From Deltaproteobacteria bacterium (GTDB lineage Bacteria; Myxococcota; SpSt-1050): a stretch of 64,000 nucleotides of DNA. The notes under the pieces are model-generated. The model was given only the letters and a program-made list of their open reading frames with translations, did not search any database and had not been told where the DNA came from. Below, piece after piece: positions 1 to 9,881 of this stretch. The stretch lies in NCBI GenBank assembly GCA_026416535.1, contig JAOAFA010000121.1, forward strand, positions 12,153 through 76,152, in the 5' to 3' direction. Made by a program: the position numbers and the translations under genes. Within the stretch, counting starts at the first letter, position 1; the number at the start of each line of letters is the position of its first letter.

Positions 1-829
1 CATCTACCACTATTCTCGCTGTTGATGTAATGGAACCACTTGTAATGTACAGATACTGTGCATCATCACACCTATATTCCTCAATCATTGGATAATCACG
101 GCCGAATATTTCCTTGAACTCCCTTTGTGCATCTTTGTATACTTCTACTGCCTGTTCCATTGCCTGCTGCATATTGTATCTTAGCTCGTAATAATGTTCT
201 GGGCTTGTGAGGCCTCCAAAACATGCCGGATTTTCAACATCGAGTTTATATTCGCTCTTGAAAGGAGGTAGGAATTGATCCACCTGTGATTGTTCTGGGA
301 TATCTACTATCTCATAGGTGTGTGATAGTATGAACGCGTCGTAGACCAGCATTACAGGTAATAATACCTTTTCTGCTATCTTGTAACCTATTATTACATT
401 GTCTAGAACCTCTTGATTGTTTTCGCAGTAGAGTTGTATCCATCCACAATCTCTTTGTGATAGAGAATCATTTTGGTCAGACCAGATGTTCCATCCTGGT
501 CCCATTGCACGGTTGACATTTGCAAGCACTATGGGGAATCTACCAAGGCCTGCCCAATGGATTAATTCATGCATGAGTGCTAATCCCTGTGCACTTGTAG
601 CAGTAAAGGCTCTACTACCTGCGAGAGAGGCACCGAGCACGCAAGCGAGGGCCGAATGTTCTGACTCTACTTTTATGAACGTGGCATCTAATTTTTTTGT
701 AGCACATAATTCTGATAATTCTTCAACGACTTGTGTCTGTGGTGTAATTGGATAGGCCGCGATAACCTTTACTCTTGACAACATCACCCCATACGAAACT
801 GAGTGATTACCCATAAGAACACTTTTCAT
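1..829 (-). CDS. 2-oxoacid (pyruvate/2-ketoisovalerate):ferredoxin oxidoreductase alpha subunit, 5' portion (3' end runs off the window start)
   Basis: Minus-strand translation from the ATG at 829 reads MKSVLMGNHSVSYGVMLSRVKVIAAYPITPQTQVVEEL...ESEHSALACVLGASLAGSRAFTATSAQGLALMHE, a typical PorA/VorA N-terminus. The ATG overlaps the upstream stop (ATGA), indicating translational coupling. No stop appears before position 1. Confidence 0.85.
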   Translation of the reverse strand, partial: MKSVLMGNHSVSYGVMLSRVKVIAAYPITPQTQVVEELSELCATKKLDATFIKVESEHSALACVLGASLAGSRAFTATSAQGLALMHELIHWAGLGRFPIVLANVNRAMGPGWNIWSDQNDSLSQRDCGWIQLYCENNQEVLDNVIIGYKIAEKVLLPVMLVYDAFILSHTYEIVDIPEQSQVDQFLPPFKSEYKLDVENPACFGGLTSPEHYYELRYNMQQAMEQAVEVYKDAQREFKEIFGRDYPMIEEYRCDDAQYLYITSGSITSTARIVVD

Positions 830-2619
830 ATCTTGCTCTCCTTTTCCATGCCCATTGCGTTGCGCGGGCACTCTGTAACACAGATCCCGCACCCTTTGCA
901 ATAGTCAAGGTCTATATCGTAACCGAATCCATTCTTTTTGTGACTGATAGCATTATCGGGGCAAAATATATAGCAATTATCGCACATCGTACACCTGCCA
1001 CAATGAAAGCATCTTAGCAAATCGTTCATGGCCTGAGGCTGAGTAAGTCCTAAATTGACCTCTAGAAAGCTGTTACTTCTCTCGGAAAGTGAGATCTTAT
1101 TCATTTGTGAACGATCTGATGGTTGAAAATATGCAGTATTTATACTCTTGGGATCGACAGTCTCCTTAGATAGTCTCACAGTTGGGCTGACAAAATTCTT
1201 GAAGACATATTTTTCTCTGTAAACCAACATCGAAATAGCACCCCATTCTCCCACAGAGATCTCTTTTAAGACCTCCTCAAAATCAAGTTTTCTATATCTG
1301 CAGTCAATTGCGATAGCCGCCTTTTTACCACTCGCTATGGCATCTATGACAGTATGGGGCTGGTCAATTATGTCACCCCCTGCGAAGTAATTTTTGAGAG
1401 ATGTGGAAAGATCTTTCGATACATGGACATTACCCTTTGAAATCTTTATCTCTGGAAGCGCGTCCTCATCAATCTCTTCTCCGATAGCTGAGAGAATCAT
1501 GTCACATTCGATATCGTATTCGGAGCCTTCGATGGGCTCTGGTTTTCTCCTGCCGGATGAATCTGGCTCACCCAATTTCGCTCTCTGGACCTGGATGCCT
1601 ACAACCTTTGAGTCTTTTACTAAGACCTTTTTAGGTATAGTTAGTTCCAGGATTGAAATACCTTCATTTATGGCCTCTTCAATCTCCTCCTCCCATGCTG
1701 GCATCTCCGCCCTGGTCCTCCTATATATGATCTTAACATCAGCACCGCTTCTCCTAGCCACTCTTGCTGAATCCATAGCGGTATTGCCTCCCCCAACTAC
1801 TATTACTTTTTTACCAGTAAAGATCCTTTCCTTAAGATTTACCTTTTTTAGGTATTCTAATCCGCTCATTACGCCTTCAGCCTCTTCATTTGGGATGCCG
1901 AGTCTCCTACTCTTGTGGACTCCAGTTGCTAAAAACACGGCAAAATAGTTTTTAAGTGAGTCATAACTTATGTCTTTGCCTACTCGCTTTCTAGTGTGGA
2001 TTTTTACACCTGCAGATGTCAGTATCTTTATTTCTCTTGAAAGGATGTTCTTTGGAAGTCTATATTCAGGGATACCAATTCTTAGGACGCCACCGGGTGC
2101 ATCTTCGGCCTCGAAGACCTCAACTTCATAACCCAGTCTCAAAAGGTGATATGCACAGGATAGGCCAGCAGGACCACTGCCAACAATAGCGACCTTTTTA
2201 CCAGTTGATCCAGCGATCTCTTCCTTTTTTATTTTATAGTCAGGGTTTGTATGATCGGCAAGAAATCTTTCAAGATTATTTATTGCCACAGATTTGTCAA
2301 AATATGCACGTGAACACTTGAGTTCGCATGGATGAAAGCATACTCTACCCGTTATTGATGGGAATGGGTTTTCTTCTCTTAAGAGTCTGATAGCCTCCTC
2401 ATAATGACCTTCTTCCATCAATCTTATCCAACCTTCTACATTCTGTCCCCCGGGACATCCGGCATGACAGGGTGAGACCTTATGGTCATAATATGGCCTT
2501 AAATACCTCCACGAACCAGTGAAGTTCCAACGCATCGTTGATAGTGACATCGACATAGGAGGCATTTCTCTAAAGTTACTGATGATTACTGGTTTTTTGT
2601 CTTCAAATCTCTTTTTCAT
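826..2619 (-). CDS. GltD-like FAD/NAD(P)H oxidoreductase (glutamate synthase small-subunit fold) fused to a C-terminal 2x[4Fe-4S] ferredoxin (PorD-like) domain
   Basis: The N-terminus has a Cys cluster (CHAGCPGG...CFHPCELKC). Two Rossmann GxGxxG motifs are present (VAIVGSGPAGL and VIVVGGGNTAMD). The C-terminus carries CFHCGRCTMCDNCYIFCP...CKGCGICVTECP. The gene lies between the gamma and alpha OFOR subunit genes. Confidence 0.85.
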   Translation of the reverse strand: MKKRFEDKKPVIISNFREMPPMSMSLSTMRWNFTGSWRYLRPYYDHKVSPCHAGCPGGQNVEGWIRLMEEGHYEEAIRLLREENPFPSITGRVCFHPCELKCSRAYFDKSVAINNLERFLADHTNPDYKIKKEEIAGSTGKKVAIVGSGPAGLSCAYHLLRLGYEVEVFEAEDAPGGVLRIGIPEYRLPKNILSREIKILTSAGVKIHTRKRVGKDISYDSLKNYFAVFLATGVHKSRRLGIPNEEAEGVMSGLEYLKKVNLKERIFTGKKVIVVGGGNTAMDSARVARRSGADVKIIYRRTRAEMPAWEEEIEEAINEGISILELTIPKKVLVKDSKVVGIQVQRAKLGEPDSSGRRKPEPIEGSEYDIECDMILSAIGEEIDEDALPEIKISKGNVHVSKDLSTSLKNYFAGGDIIDQPHTVIDAIASGKKAAIAIDCRYRKLDFEEVLKEISVGEWGAISMLVYREKYVFKNFVSPTVRLSKETVDPKSINTAYFQPSDRSQMNKISLSERSNSFLEVNLGLTQPQAMNDLLRCFHCGRCTMCDNCYIFCPDNAISHKKNGFGYDIDLDYCKGCGICVTECPRNAMGMEKESKI

Positions 2620-2630
2620 AATTATCGTCC

Positions 2631-3188
2631 TTAGTTAAGTAATTTAACATTTTCATAGGCCTTTTTAGCCGCTTCGCAATTTGCCTCAGTCTTTATAGGT
2701 ATCTCTTTTCTTATTCCCTCCTGAATACTCTCAAGCTTGACAAGCCCTGTTTGCGCTGAAAAAGCACCAAGAATTACTGTATTTATTATAGGGCTTGTTA
2801 AAGAGCCCAACTTGAATTCTCGAGCTATTGAATCTGCATCAATTGTAGCAATATTAAACCCAGAATACTTCTCCTTGTATTCCTCAGGTGGTAGGTCAGA
2901 GTTAATGAGGATGGAACCTCCCTTCTTAAGTCCAGCTGCGATATCGACAGTCCGAGTTAGCGTTGGATCGAGCACTATAATGCAATCGGGTGTGTAAATA
3001 TTACATTTCATCCTAACTGGTTTATCATCGACTCTGGTAAATGCGGCGACTGGTGCACCCCTTCGCTCTACACCAAAAAGAGGGAAAGATTGGACATATT
3101 TGCCCTCTGCAAAGAATGCCATTGCGAGTATTTTGGATGCTATCACAGCACCCTGGCCTCCTCTTCCGTGAAATCTAATCTCTATCAT
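2631..3188 (-). CDS. 2-oxoacid:ferredoxin oxidoreductase gamma subunit (PorG/VorG-like)
   Basis: [47 protein letters not shown] is the canonical gamma-subunit N-terminus. Confidence 0.9.
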
Positions 3189-4130
3189 GTCTTCACCTCT
3201 TCCATGAGGTTGAAAAATACCGCCTGTATAATGAGTAATAGTACTCCCCTCTGACTCTTATTGCTCATAACAGCCGGTATAGATTGTTTATAGAATATTA
3301 TCAACACAACGTGTTTTCTACTACCACAAAGAATAGACTATTCAAGCAAAAATGTATTTTTTTTATTTTTTGGCAGGAAATCAAAAATGCCTGCAGGCTT
3401 GATACAAAATATCCGATTTTTATCCTGTAGAGAGTTTTATTGATATGCTGAGTGTTTAGGTAGCTGTTTGCACGTGTATATCTCCATCTGATGTTGTATA
3501 TAAGTACAGTTGATGTAATTAGGATGGAGTGGTTGTTGGGGATCTATTTGAAAATTTTAGCAGTAGGTAAACCGGTTCAAAAGGAGAGATTATCTTTTTG
3601 GGTGAAAAATATAAACCTCGTAAATATTAGGTCCGGTAATAATCACCACCTCCTTGAGAGTCGCTCCATAGATTATTGTAGCTGGCAACAAGGAGACTTT
3701 TATTTAACTTTGTTAAGAATTTACAGTAAGGTCAGCAGAGATGAGCCTATATTTCACCGAAGGTTTTTTATTTGAAATTTAAGATTATTGAGACTGCCTC
3801 TGAAGGCTATGAAATTGACGAGGCATTTATATATCTTTATTGGGATTATCCAAGGCATCCTAATGCTGCAGGAGGTGGCTGGGTAGAGAGACATTTTGTT
3901 CAAAACAATAGCTGAAGTGAGGAATCCATTAAAAAGTTTTGAATCTACCTCCTGTTTTAAGACAATCCAGAAGATTCTCCTAAAATAAAGGAAACCTGCT
4001 TTTTTTATTGATAATTGTGAAATAGGTAGTTATAAAGTAGAACTAATTGGGCCAAAAATGGCTGATTGTTCAAAATGAGTTCTAATTTAAAGACTATTTT
4101 ACAAGACACAGATTGTAGTGGAGGAATAGA

Positions 4131-6533
4131 ATGAGAAATGCTATTTTTGTTTTTCTTTTGACATTGGCATTTTCAATGTGGGGATGTATTGATGAAAAAC
4201 CAAATTTTAAACCTCCATCTATGACTAGGCCTTATGTTGAGTTGACATATATAAAAGATGGATATGGTAGATATCTCAATTTTACAGGGGTAAATCTTGG
4301 TGGAAGCACAAAGGTTCCTCTCAAGAGAGAGGATGGGTCTTATACTTATGTGGGAAGGCCTTTTGCTTTAGAAGAGGCAGATAAATATTTTAAGATTATA
4401 AAAGAGGCAGGTTTCAATACGATTAGGTTACTCTTCATTTGGGAGGCCGTTGAGCCGAATGAAAAGGGGGTTTATGATGAAGAATTTTTGGACTATTTTG
4501 AGAAAATCATATCTAAGGCAGAGGAGCATGGAATCTATGTCTTGATTAATATGCATGAAAATCTTTTCTCCAGACATTTATTTGTTAGATACAATGAAAC
4601 TCCAATATTTGGTAAAAAGGGTGAACTTATGGGTATGATAGGTTCGCTCTTCCCAAGAGATTTTTCAAAGGCTTCAAAACCTTGTGAGATGAATCCTTTC
4701 TCTGATGTTGTTGCAGGTGATGGAGCGCCGTTGTGGGCAGTGAAGGCGGTACTCCCTGAAAAGGCACCGTTTATTGGTAAAAAGAGCTGGGGGACATTTA
4801 AGTCGTTAAAGTTTATTCCTGATGTGGCTGGTGATCTCGCAGGACTTCTGGGAGATGGAGGTAGTGGAGGTCTATCGGATGAGGATATTGCTAAGATATT
4901 GAATTCAATTGCCTATTCAAATCAGTGTGGATTTACTCCGCAGTCTGTTAGGGAGAGCTCAGATTTTCTTCCGTGGACGATGTGGGGTTTAAATATGGTA
5001 TTATCTCTTGATGCACAAAGAGGGTATGCGGCGTTGTTCGCCGGGGATAGGGTTTTTCCTAAGATGAAGGTTCTATATAATGGGCAGGAGTATAATATAA
5101 AAGATTATTTACAGGATTCCATAGTAAATGTATGGAAGAAGGTAGCGAGCAGAGCGAAAAAGTATAAAAATATAATAGGGTATGATCTTTTAAACGAACC
5201 ACCCGGGGCATTTGTTGTTCTATCTGCACTAGCGGCTTATATACAATTGGGGTTGGATAATGGTTTGACAAAATTCCTGGTCGATTTAGTCGGAGATATA
5301 AAAGCAACGCAAATTAAGAATATTATAACCAAATTAAGAATAATCCCAAATTTGCCCGAACTCCCCTCATATTGCGTTAAGCCTTCTGATGAGCAAATGG
5401 AGGAATGTGATAAAATAAGGTCTGAGAGGGAAGATATTATCGCAGAATGGGGTCTCAATGATATTGATTTGATTACTGCAATTTCTATGAATATTGGGTT
5501 TGGCAGGACGTATCTTCAACCTCTGTATGAGAGGATTGGGAAAGGGATACTTGAAGTTGACCCAGATGCGATTATATGGATAGAGGAGGCTATGTCTATT
5601 GATATGGTGTTGGGATCTGGAGGCATTGGAGGACAGTGGGTTCAAGAGATGCTCAAGCCGGAAGGGATAAGGCAGGTTGTCTTTGCACCTCATTGGTATC
5701 CCGATATATACCCCTTTCCGGGATTAAATGTAGATCCAAGAGATATCAAGCTTTCAGAGGTAAGATACAAAGATTACACTCCGGAGTTGAAAAAGAAAAT
5801 AGAGCTATCTAAGAGAGCATTTGAAAATATCCCGGTAGTATTCGGTGAATTTGGGACATACTTCAATTTTGGTGGTATTGAGGAGGCAAAAAAATCAAAG
5901 TATAGGATATCAACTGAAATTCTCGATAATTATTATGAGGCATTTGAGAATCTATTTTTGGGAAAGATACAATGGTGTTTTACTGTGGATAATGATTATA
6001 GATATGGAGACCGATGGAATAAGGAGGACTTTTCGGTTCTTGACCCCGAACAGAAATTAAGGGGTTATTCTGCGTTCTCGAGGCCTACAGCGATCGCCAT
6101 AAGCGGGAAGCCTGTAGAGACACACTTTTATTCAAGTTATCATTACTTTGATCCTGACAAGGGAGTGCCAAACATGCTCCATGAATTCTTGTTAAGATTT
6201 AAGTCAAAAGAGACAGATGCCCCAACTGAGATATTTGTACCTCTCGAACAATACAAATTATGTGGAGACAATATATGCTTTGCTCATAGCGAGGAGTGTA
6301 AACCTTGTGAAGACGGAATTGAAAAATTCAGATATGAGTTTTATGTGTGGGTATCGGATGGCGGTATCTATTATTCGAGAGAGGAAAACAAGATCTATTA
6401 TTATCCCTTTCGGGATGAGCCAGAATGGATTCATTCCGTAATAATAAGACCACCGATTAAGGGTTTTGACCCAAAGGGTTATAGATACCATATTATTGTT
6501 GATGGGAATGAATATAGAGTTATTGAGAGATAA
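4131..6533 (+). CDS. Glycoside hydrolase family 5 (cellulase superfamily) lipoprotein, large with insertions
   Basis: Signal peptide with lipobox-like FSMWGC. GH5 acid/base motif in IIGYDLLNEPPG and nucleophile motif in VVFGEFGTY. An RBS (GGAGG) lies 7 nt upstream of the ATG. Confidence 0.8.
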   Translation: MRNAIFVFLLTLAFSMWGCIDEKPNFKPPSMTRPYVELTYIKDGYGRYLNFTGVNLGGSTKVPLKREDGSYTYVGRPFALEEADKYFKIIKEAGFNTIRLLFIWEAVEPNEKGVYDEEFLDYFEKIISKAEEHGIYVLINMHENLFSRHLFVRYNETPIFGKKGELMGMIGSLFPRDFSKASKPCEMNPFSDVVAGDGAPLWAVKAVLPEKAPFIGKKSWGTFKSLKFIPDVAGDLAGLLGDGGSGGLSDEDIAKILNSIAYSNQCGFTPQSVRESSDFLPWTMWGLNMVLSLDAQRGYAALFAGDRVFPKMKVLYNGQEYNIKDYLQDSIVNVWKKVASRAKKYKNIIGYDLLNEPPGAFVVLSALAAYIQLGLDNGLTKFLVDLVGDIKATQIKNIITKLRIIPNLPELPSYCVKPSDEQMEECDKIRSEREDIIAEWGLNDIDLITAISMNIGFGRTYLQPLYERIGKGILEVDPDAIIWIEEAMSIDMVLGSGGIGGQWVQEMLKPEGIRQVVFAPHWYPDIYPFPGLNVDPRDIKLSEVRYKDYTPELKKKIELSKRAFENIPVVFGEFGTYFNFGGIEEAKKSKYRISTEILDNYYEAFENLFLGKIQWCFTVDNDYRYGDRWNKEDFSVLDPEQKLRGYSAFSRPTAIAISGKPVETHFYSSYHYFDPDKGVPNMLHEFLLRFKSKETDAPTEIFVPLEQYKLCGDNICFAHSEECKPCEDGIEKFRYEFYVWVSDGGIYYSREENKIYYYPFRDEPEWIHSVIIRPPIKGFDPKGYRYHIIVDGNEYRVIER

Positions 6534-6545
6534 GGAGTATTTTGT

Positions 6546-7865
6546 ATGAAAGCTAAGGTTCTATTTTTAATATTGTTGTCCTTCACATCGATTGTTGCAG
6601 GCGCAGAGCAGGTTTCAGATTCTTTGAGGTTGGATTTGGAACTTGATAACTTTTTGTACTACAAGAGCGATTCCGATTTTGATGGCTCTAAAAGGCTGTA
6701 TCAGCCACAGGGTAATTCTGAGGGTATTTTGGGGACATACATGAATTCTAAGTTGACCCTGAATATCACTAGCGATGTCTTGATATTTTATGAGGTTGAG
6801 CTTGGAACCAATATTTGGAGCAAAAATAATCCTGACATTGTGGATCCCATTTCTGAAGATATATTTGTATTAAAGCATAGACAGATTTATGGCAGTGCCG
6901 AGTTTCTTGAAAATAAGCTAAGAGTTAGATCTGGTTATATGAGGATTACTGATCCAACAGGGCTATTCGTTAATCACTGGATAGGTGCATTTCAGTTTGG
7001 TTTTGATGTTCACAGTACAAAGAATTTTATATTGTTTGCACAACTCCCGGATTTTAACTATGAAGGGTTTACCGCTAGTACGAATAATTTTGCAAACGAT
7101 AGATGGTTATTTGCCCTTTCTTCAAGTTTTAGTCTCACAGATAGAGGTGTTGTTACCGTAGGTTGGTATTCTTATTATGATGATGCTTTTATTAAGCGTT
7201 CAAATCTTATTCACGCACCCGTCCTCTCTTATGTATATAGCGATAATTCTTTTAAGGTTATTTTAGATGGAGTTTTTCAGTTTGGTGTCATGCAGAATGC
7301 CTCAATTGGTGGTAATGACGTAAGAGAATTATCATATGGGTTGAATTTGAATATCTCCGAGAAGATTTGGGGTCTCAATCTGGTGTTAAATGGGTTATAT
7401 CTCTCCCCCGATGATAAATATATTTCCAATACATACAATGGCGGATTTTATTACTCTGGAAAAAATAGAAGTTCAACAATAATGCTGTCGGAAGATGAAC
7501 TAAGGGATCAGTATAACAATATTGACGAGAGACTTTCCATTGTTGACGGTCCCTTTTATGTAATGAGGGCAGGGTTGTTTTTGCTTGATGTCAAGGCAGA
7601 ATTCCCAGCGTTAGGAGTGTTTATACCGTCGTTGGTTTTAGGAACTGCGTTTGTTTCTAATAGAGAGAATACAAATGATAGCTCATTCGTTGGTGTTGAG
7701 GCAGATGTATTTTTGAAACTCAATATCTCCCATGGATGGGATGTAACAGGTGTTATCGGCGTTTTGTTTCCCGGAAAAGCGGCCTCGTCTTACATAAATA
7801 TGTATGATATTAACTCCGTAGATACTCAATATTTGGGACAGATTCATATCAATTACAGGTATTAG
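6546..7865 (+). CDS. Predicted outer-membrane beta-barrel protein (porin/channel), co-operonic with GH5
   Basis: Cleavable signal peptide MKAKVLFLILLSFTSIVAGA. Alternating amphipathic beta-strand composition rich in Y, G, S and N. Ends with C-terminal aromatic residues ...HINYRY. The start lies 12 nt after the GH5 gene. Confidence 0.6.
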   Translation: MKAKVLFLILLSFTSIVAGAEQVSDSLRLDLELDNFLYYKSDSDFDGSKRLYQPQGNSEGILGTYMNSKLTLNITSDVLIFYEVELGTNIWSKNNPDIVDPISEDIFVLKHRQIYGSAEFLENKLRVRSGYMRITDPTGLFVNHWIGAFQFGFDVHSTKNFILFAQLPDFNYEGFTASTNNFANDRWLFALSSSFSLTDRGVVTVGWYSYYDDAFIKRSNLIHAPVLSYVYSDNSFKVILDGVFQFGVMQNASIGGNDVRELSYGLNLNISEKIWGLNLVLNGLYLSPDDKYISNTYNGGFYYSGKNRSSTIMLSEDELRDQYNNIDERLSIVDGPFYVMRAGLFLLDVKAEFPALGVFIPSLVLGTAFVSNRENTNDSSFVGVEADVFLKLNISHGWDVTGVIGVLFPGKAASSYINMYDINSVDTQYLGQIHINYRY

Positions 7866-7901
7866 TAGGTTAGCATACTTCAAAATAGAAAGGAGCTTTT
7901 T

Positions 7902-9593
7902 ATGGAAGTGATTCATCTTAGTTTTTGGGATTGGATAATAATAGTTCTTTATTTTGGTTTCGTGATAGGGCTTGGATGGTATTTAAAAAAGTTTGCGGAT
8001 ACCAAAGAGGACTTCTTTTTGGCAGGGAGAAAAAACTCTCTTTGGGTATGTTCTATAGCATTTGTCTCGGCGAACCTTGGCGCCCTTGAAATCTTGGGTT
8101 GGACGGGGGGTACAGTAAAATACGGCATGTTCGTCTCCCATTTTTATTGGATAGGGGCAATACCTGCTATGATATTTTTAGGTCTATATATGATGCCTTT
8201 TTATTACTCCTCAAGGATTCATTCTATTCCGGGGTATCTGCTTTTAAGATTTGACGAAAAGTCAAGGCTCTTAAATGCAATCTCTTTTGCTATTATGACA
8301 GTTCTTATGTCGGGAATAAACCTTTATCTTATGGCGCTTGTGTTTCACACAATACTTGGATGGAATTGGGATGTATGTATGTGGGTATCTGCCGCGGCTG
8401 TTGCCTCCTATATTGCACTGGGTGGACTTTTATCTGCCATTCTCACAGAGACTCTACAGTTTTTTCTTATATGGTTTGGACTCTTTTTGGTATCGATTTT
8501 GGGTCTTTTGGATGTCGGAGGATTTAGTGGTTTGTTCGAAGGGCTTCCAGAAAGGATGACTTCTCTATGGGCAACAGCTGGGAACCCCGGCAATAATCCG
8601 ATGGGAGTTACATGGTATGGTATAGCTATTGGCCTCGGATTTGTCCTCTCTTTTGGATATTGGACAACGGACTTTTTAATAGTTCAAAGGGCATTTGCTG
8701 CAAAGGATCTACAAACAGCTAGACTTACTCCGATTGTCGCCTCATTTTTTAAGATGGCCCTTCCTTTTATCGTAGTTGTTGCAGGTCTTGTTGCATATAA
8801 ACTTGCCCAGACTGGAGTCATAGCTTTTACCCGAGATGCATCTGGAAATGTTAATTATGACTCAGCCCTTCCCTTATTAATAGCGAGATACTATCCATCC
8901 GGTCTTTTAGGGCTTGGGATTACAGCACTGTTAGCAGGTTTCATGGCAGGTCAGGCCGGGAATACATCGGCATTCAATACTGTGTTTACTTATGACATAT
9001 ATAAGGCAGCAATAAAAAAGGATGCGTCAGATCAACACTTAGTATTAGTAGGAAGGGTTATTACGGTCGTGGGTATATTATTGAGCGTCGTAACTGCTTA
9101 TGTGGCAAAGTCATTCCCAACAATTATGGATTATATTCAGGCAATATTTAGCTGGGTAAATGCACCTCTATTTGCTACCATGCTTCTTGGTATGTTTTGG
9201 AAGAGGACTACCTCCGAGGGTGCATTTTGGGGTCTAATAGCTGGGATGCTTACATCTTTTACACTTTTTTTGGCTTTCAAGTTTAAGTGGTTTAGCTGCG
9301 AGTGGTATTATTACTTGACATTTATGCCATCCTCCAGATCCCTCTGTCCTGCGATTCCATCAGATATGACATTAAATTTGTGGCAGGCAGCGTGGGCGTG
9401 GATTGTATGCTTTGTGCTTACAATAATAATTTCACTATTTACAAAACCTAAGAGTGATGAGGAACTTCAGGGGTTAGTTAAGGGACTTACACCGAATCCC
9501 GATTTGGAAAAGGTACCACTGTACAGAAGGCCTTTGACATGGGCAGTAGTATCGATGGCAGTCCTTATATTTCTCAATGTTTATTTCTGGTGA
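7902..9593 (+). CDS. Sodium:solute symporter family transporter (SGLT-like)
   Basis: FLAGRKNSLWVCSIAFVSANLGALEILGWTGGTVKYGM is the SSF signature region. At least 13 TM helices are predicted. RBS AAAGGAG. Confidence 0.85.
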   Translation: MEVIHLSFWDWIIIVLYFGFVIGLGWYLKKFADTKEDFFLAGRKNSLWVCSIAFVSANLGALEILGWTGGTVKYGMFVSHFYWIGAIPAMIFLGLYMMPFYYSSRIHSIPGYLLLRFDEKSRLLNAISFAIMTVLMSGINLYLMALVFHTILGWNWDVCMWVSAAAVASYIALGGLLSAILTETLQFFLIWFGLFLVSILGLLDVGGFSGLFEGLPERMTSLWATAGNPGNNPMGVTWYGIAIGLGFVLSFGYWTTDFLIVQRAFAAKDLQTARLTPIVASFFKMALPFIVVVAGLVAYKLAQTGVIAFTRDASGNVNYDSALPLLIARYYPSGLLGLGITALLAGFMAGQAGNTSAFNTVFTYDIYKAAIKKDASDQHLVLVGRVITVVGILLSVVTAYVAKSFPTIMDYIQAIFSWVNAPLFATMLLGMFWKRTTSEGAFWGLIAGMLTSFTLFLAFKFKWFSCEWYYYLTFMPSSRSLCPAIPSDMTLNLWQAAWAWIVCFVLTIIISLFTKPKSDEELQGLVKGLTPNPDLEKVPLYRRPLTWAVVSMAVLIFLNVYFW

Positions 9594-9601
9594 GGTGAAT
9601 T

Positions 9602-9823
9602 ATGGAAACAACGAAGAAGATGATTCCAGTCTGGTTTTGGGTGGGTTTGATGATGGTTGTATATGGAATTTTAATTGTAGGTATAGGTGTGTATTATTTA
9701 GTTAGTCCTCCACAAGGGTATGCGGCTAAGTGGACAAATCCGAATCTGTGGTGGGGGTTAATTATGCTCGTTGTGGGTGGAGTCTTTATGTTCTTGGGAA
9801 GAAATAAAAAAGAGTCTAATTAG
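9602..9823 (+). CDS. Small 2-TM membrane protein (possible small subunit of the adjacent symporter)
   Basis: 73 aa with two hydrophobic helices. Starts 8 nt after the symporter. RBS GAGGTG. Confidence 0.55.
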   Translation: METTKKMIPVWFWVGLMMVVYGILIVGIGVYYLVSPPQGYAAKWTNPNLWWGLIMLVVGGVFMFLGRNKKESN

Positions 9824-9881
9824 ATTGACTACAGTTTTTTAGTATGCTTATCTCTTTTTGCCTATTTCAAAGGAGGTATCA

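Noticed and set aside
486-755. 89-aa + strand ORF
   Set aside because: Lies entirely within the minus-strand porA-like coding region, antisense to a well-conserved protein, with no RBS. The same reasoning applies to the many other 60-190-aa ORFs in the track that sit antisense inside large conserved genes (for example 1394-1948, 13786-14358, 26093-26758, 34007-34483, 35244-35765).
3491-3775. 94-aa ORF in the 940-bp divergent intergenic region between porG and the GH5 gene
   Set aside because: No RBS, odd composition, no recognisable fold. More likely non-coding promoter or leader sequence.
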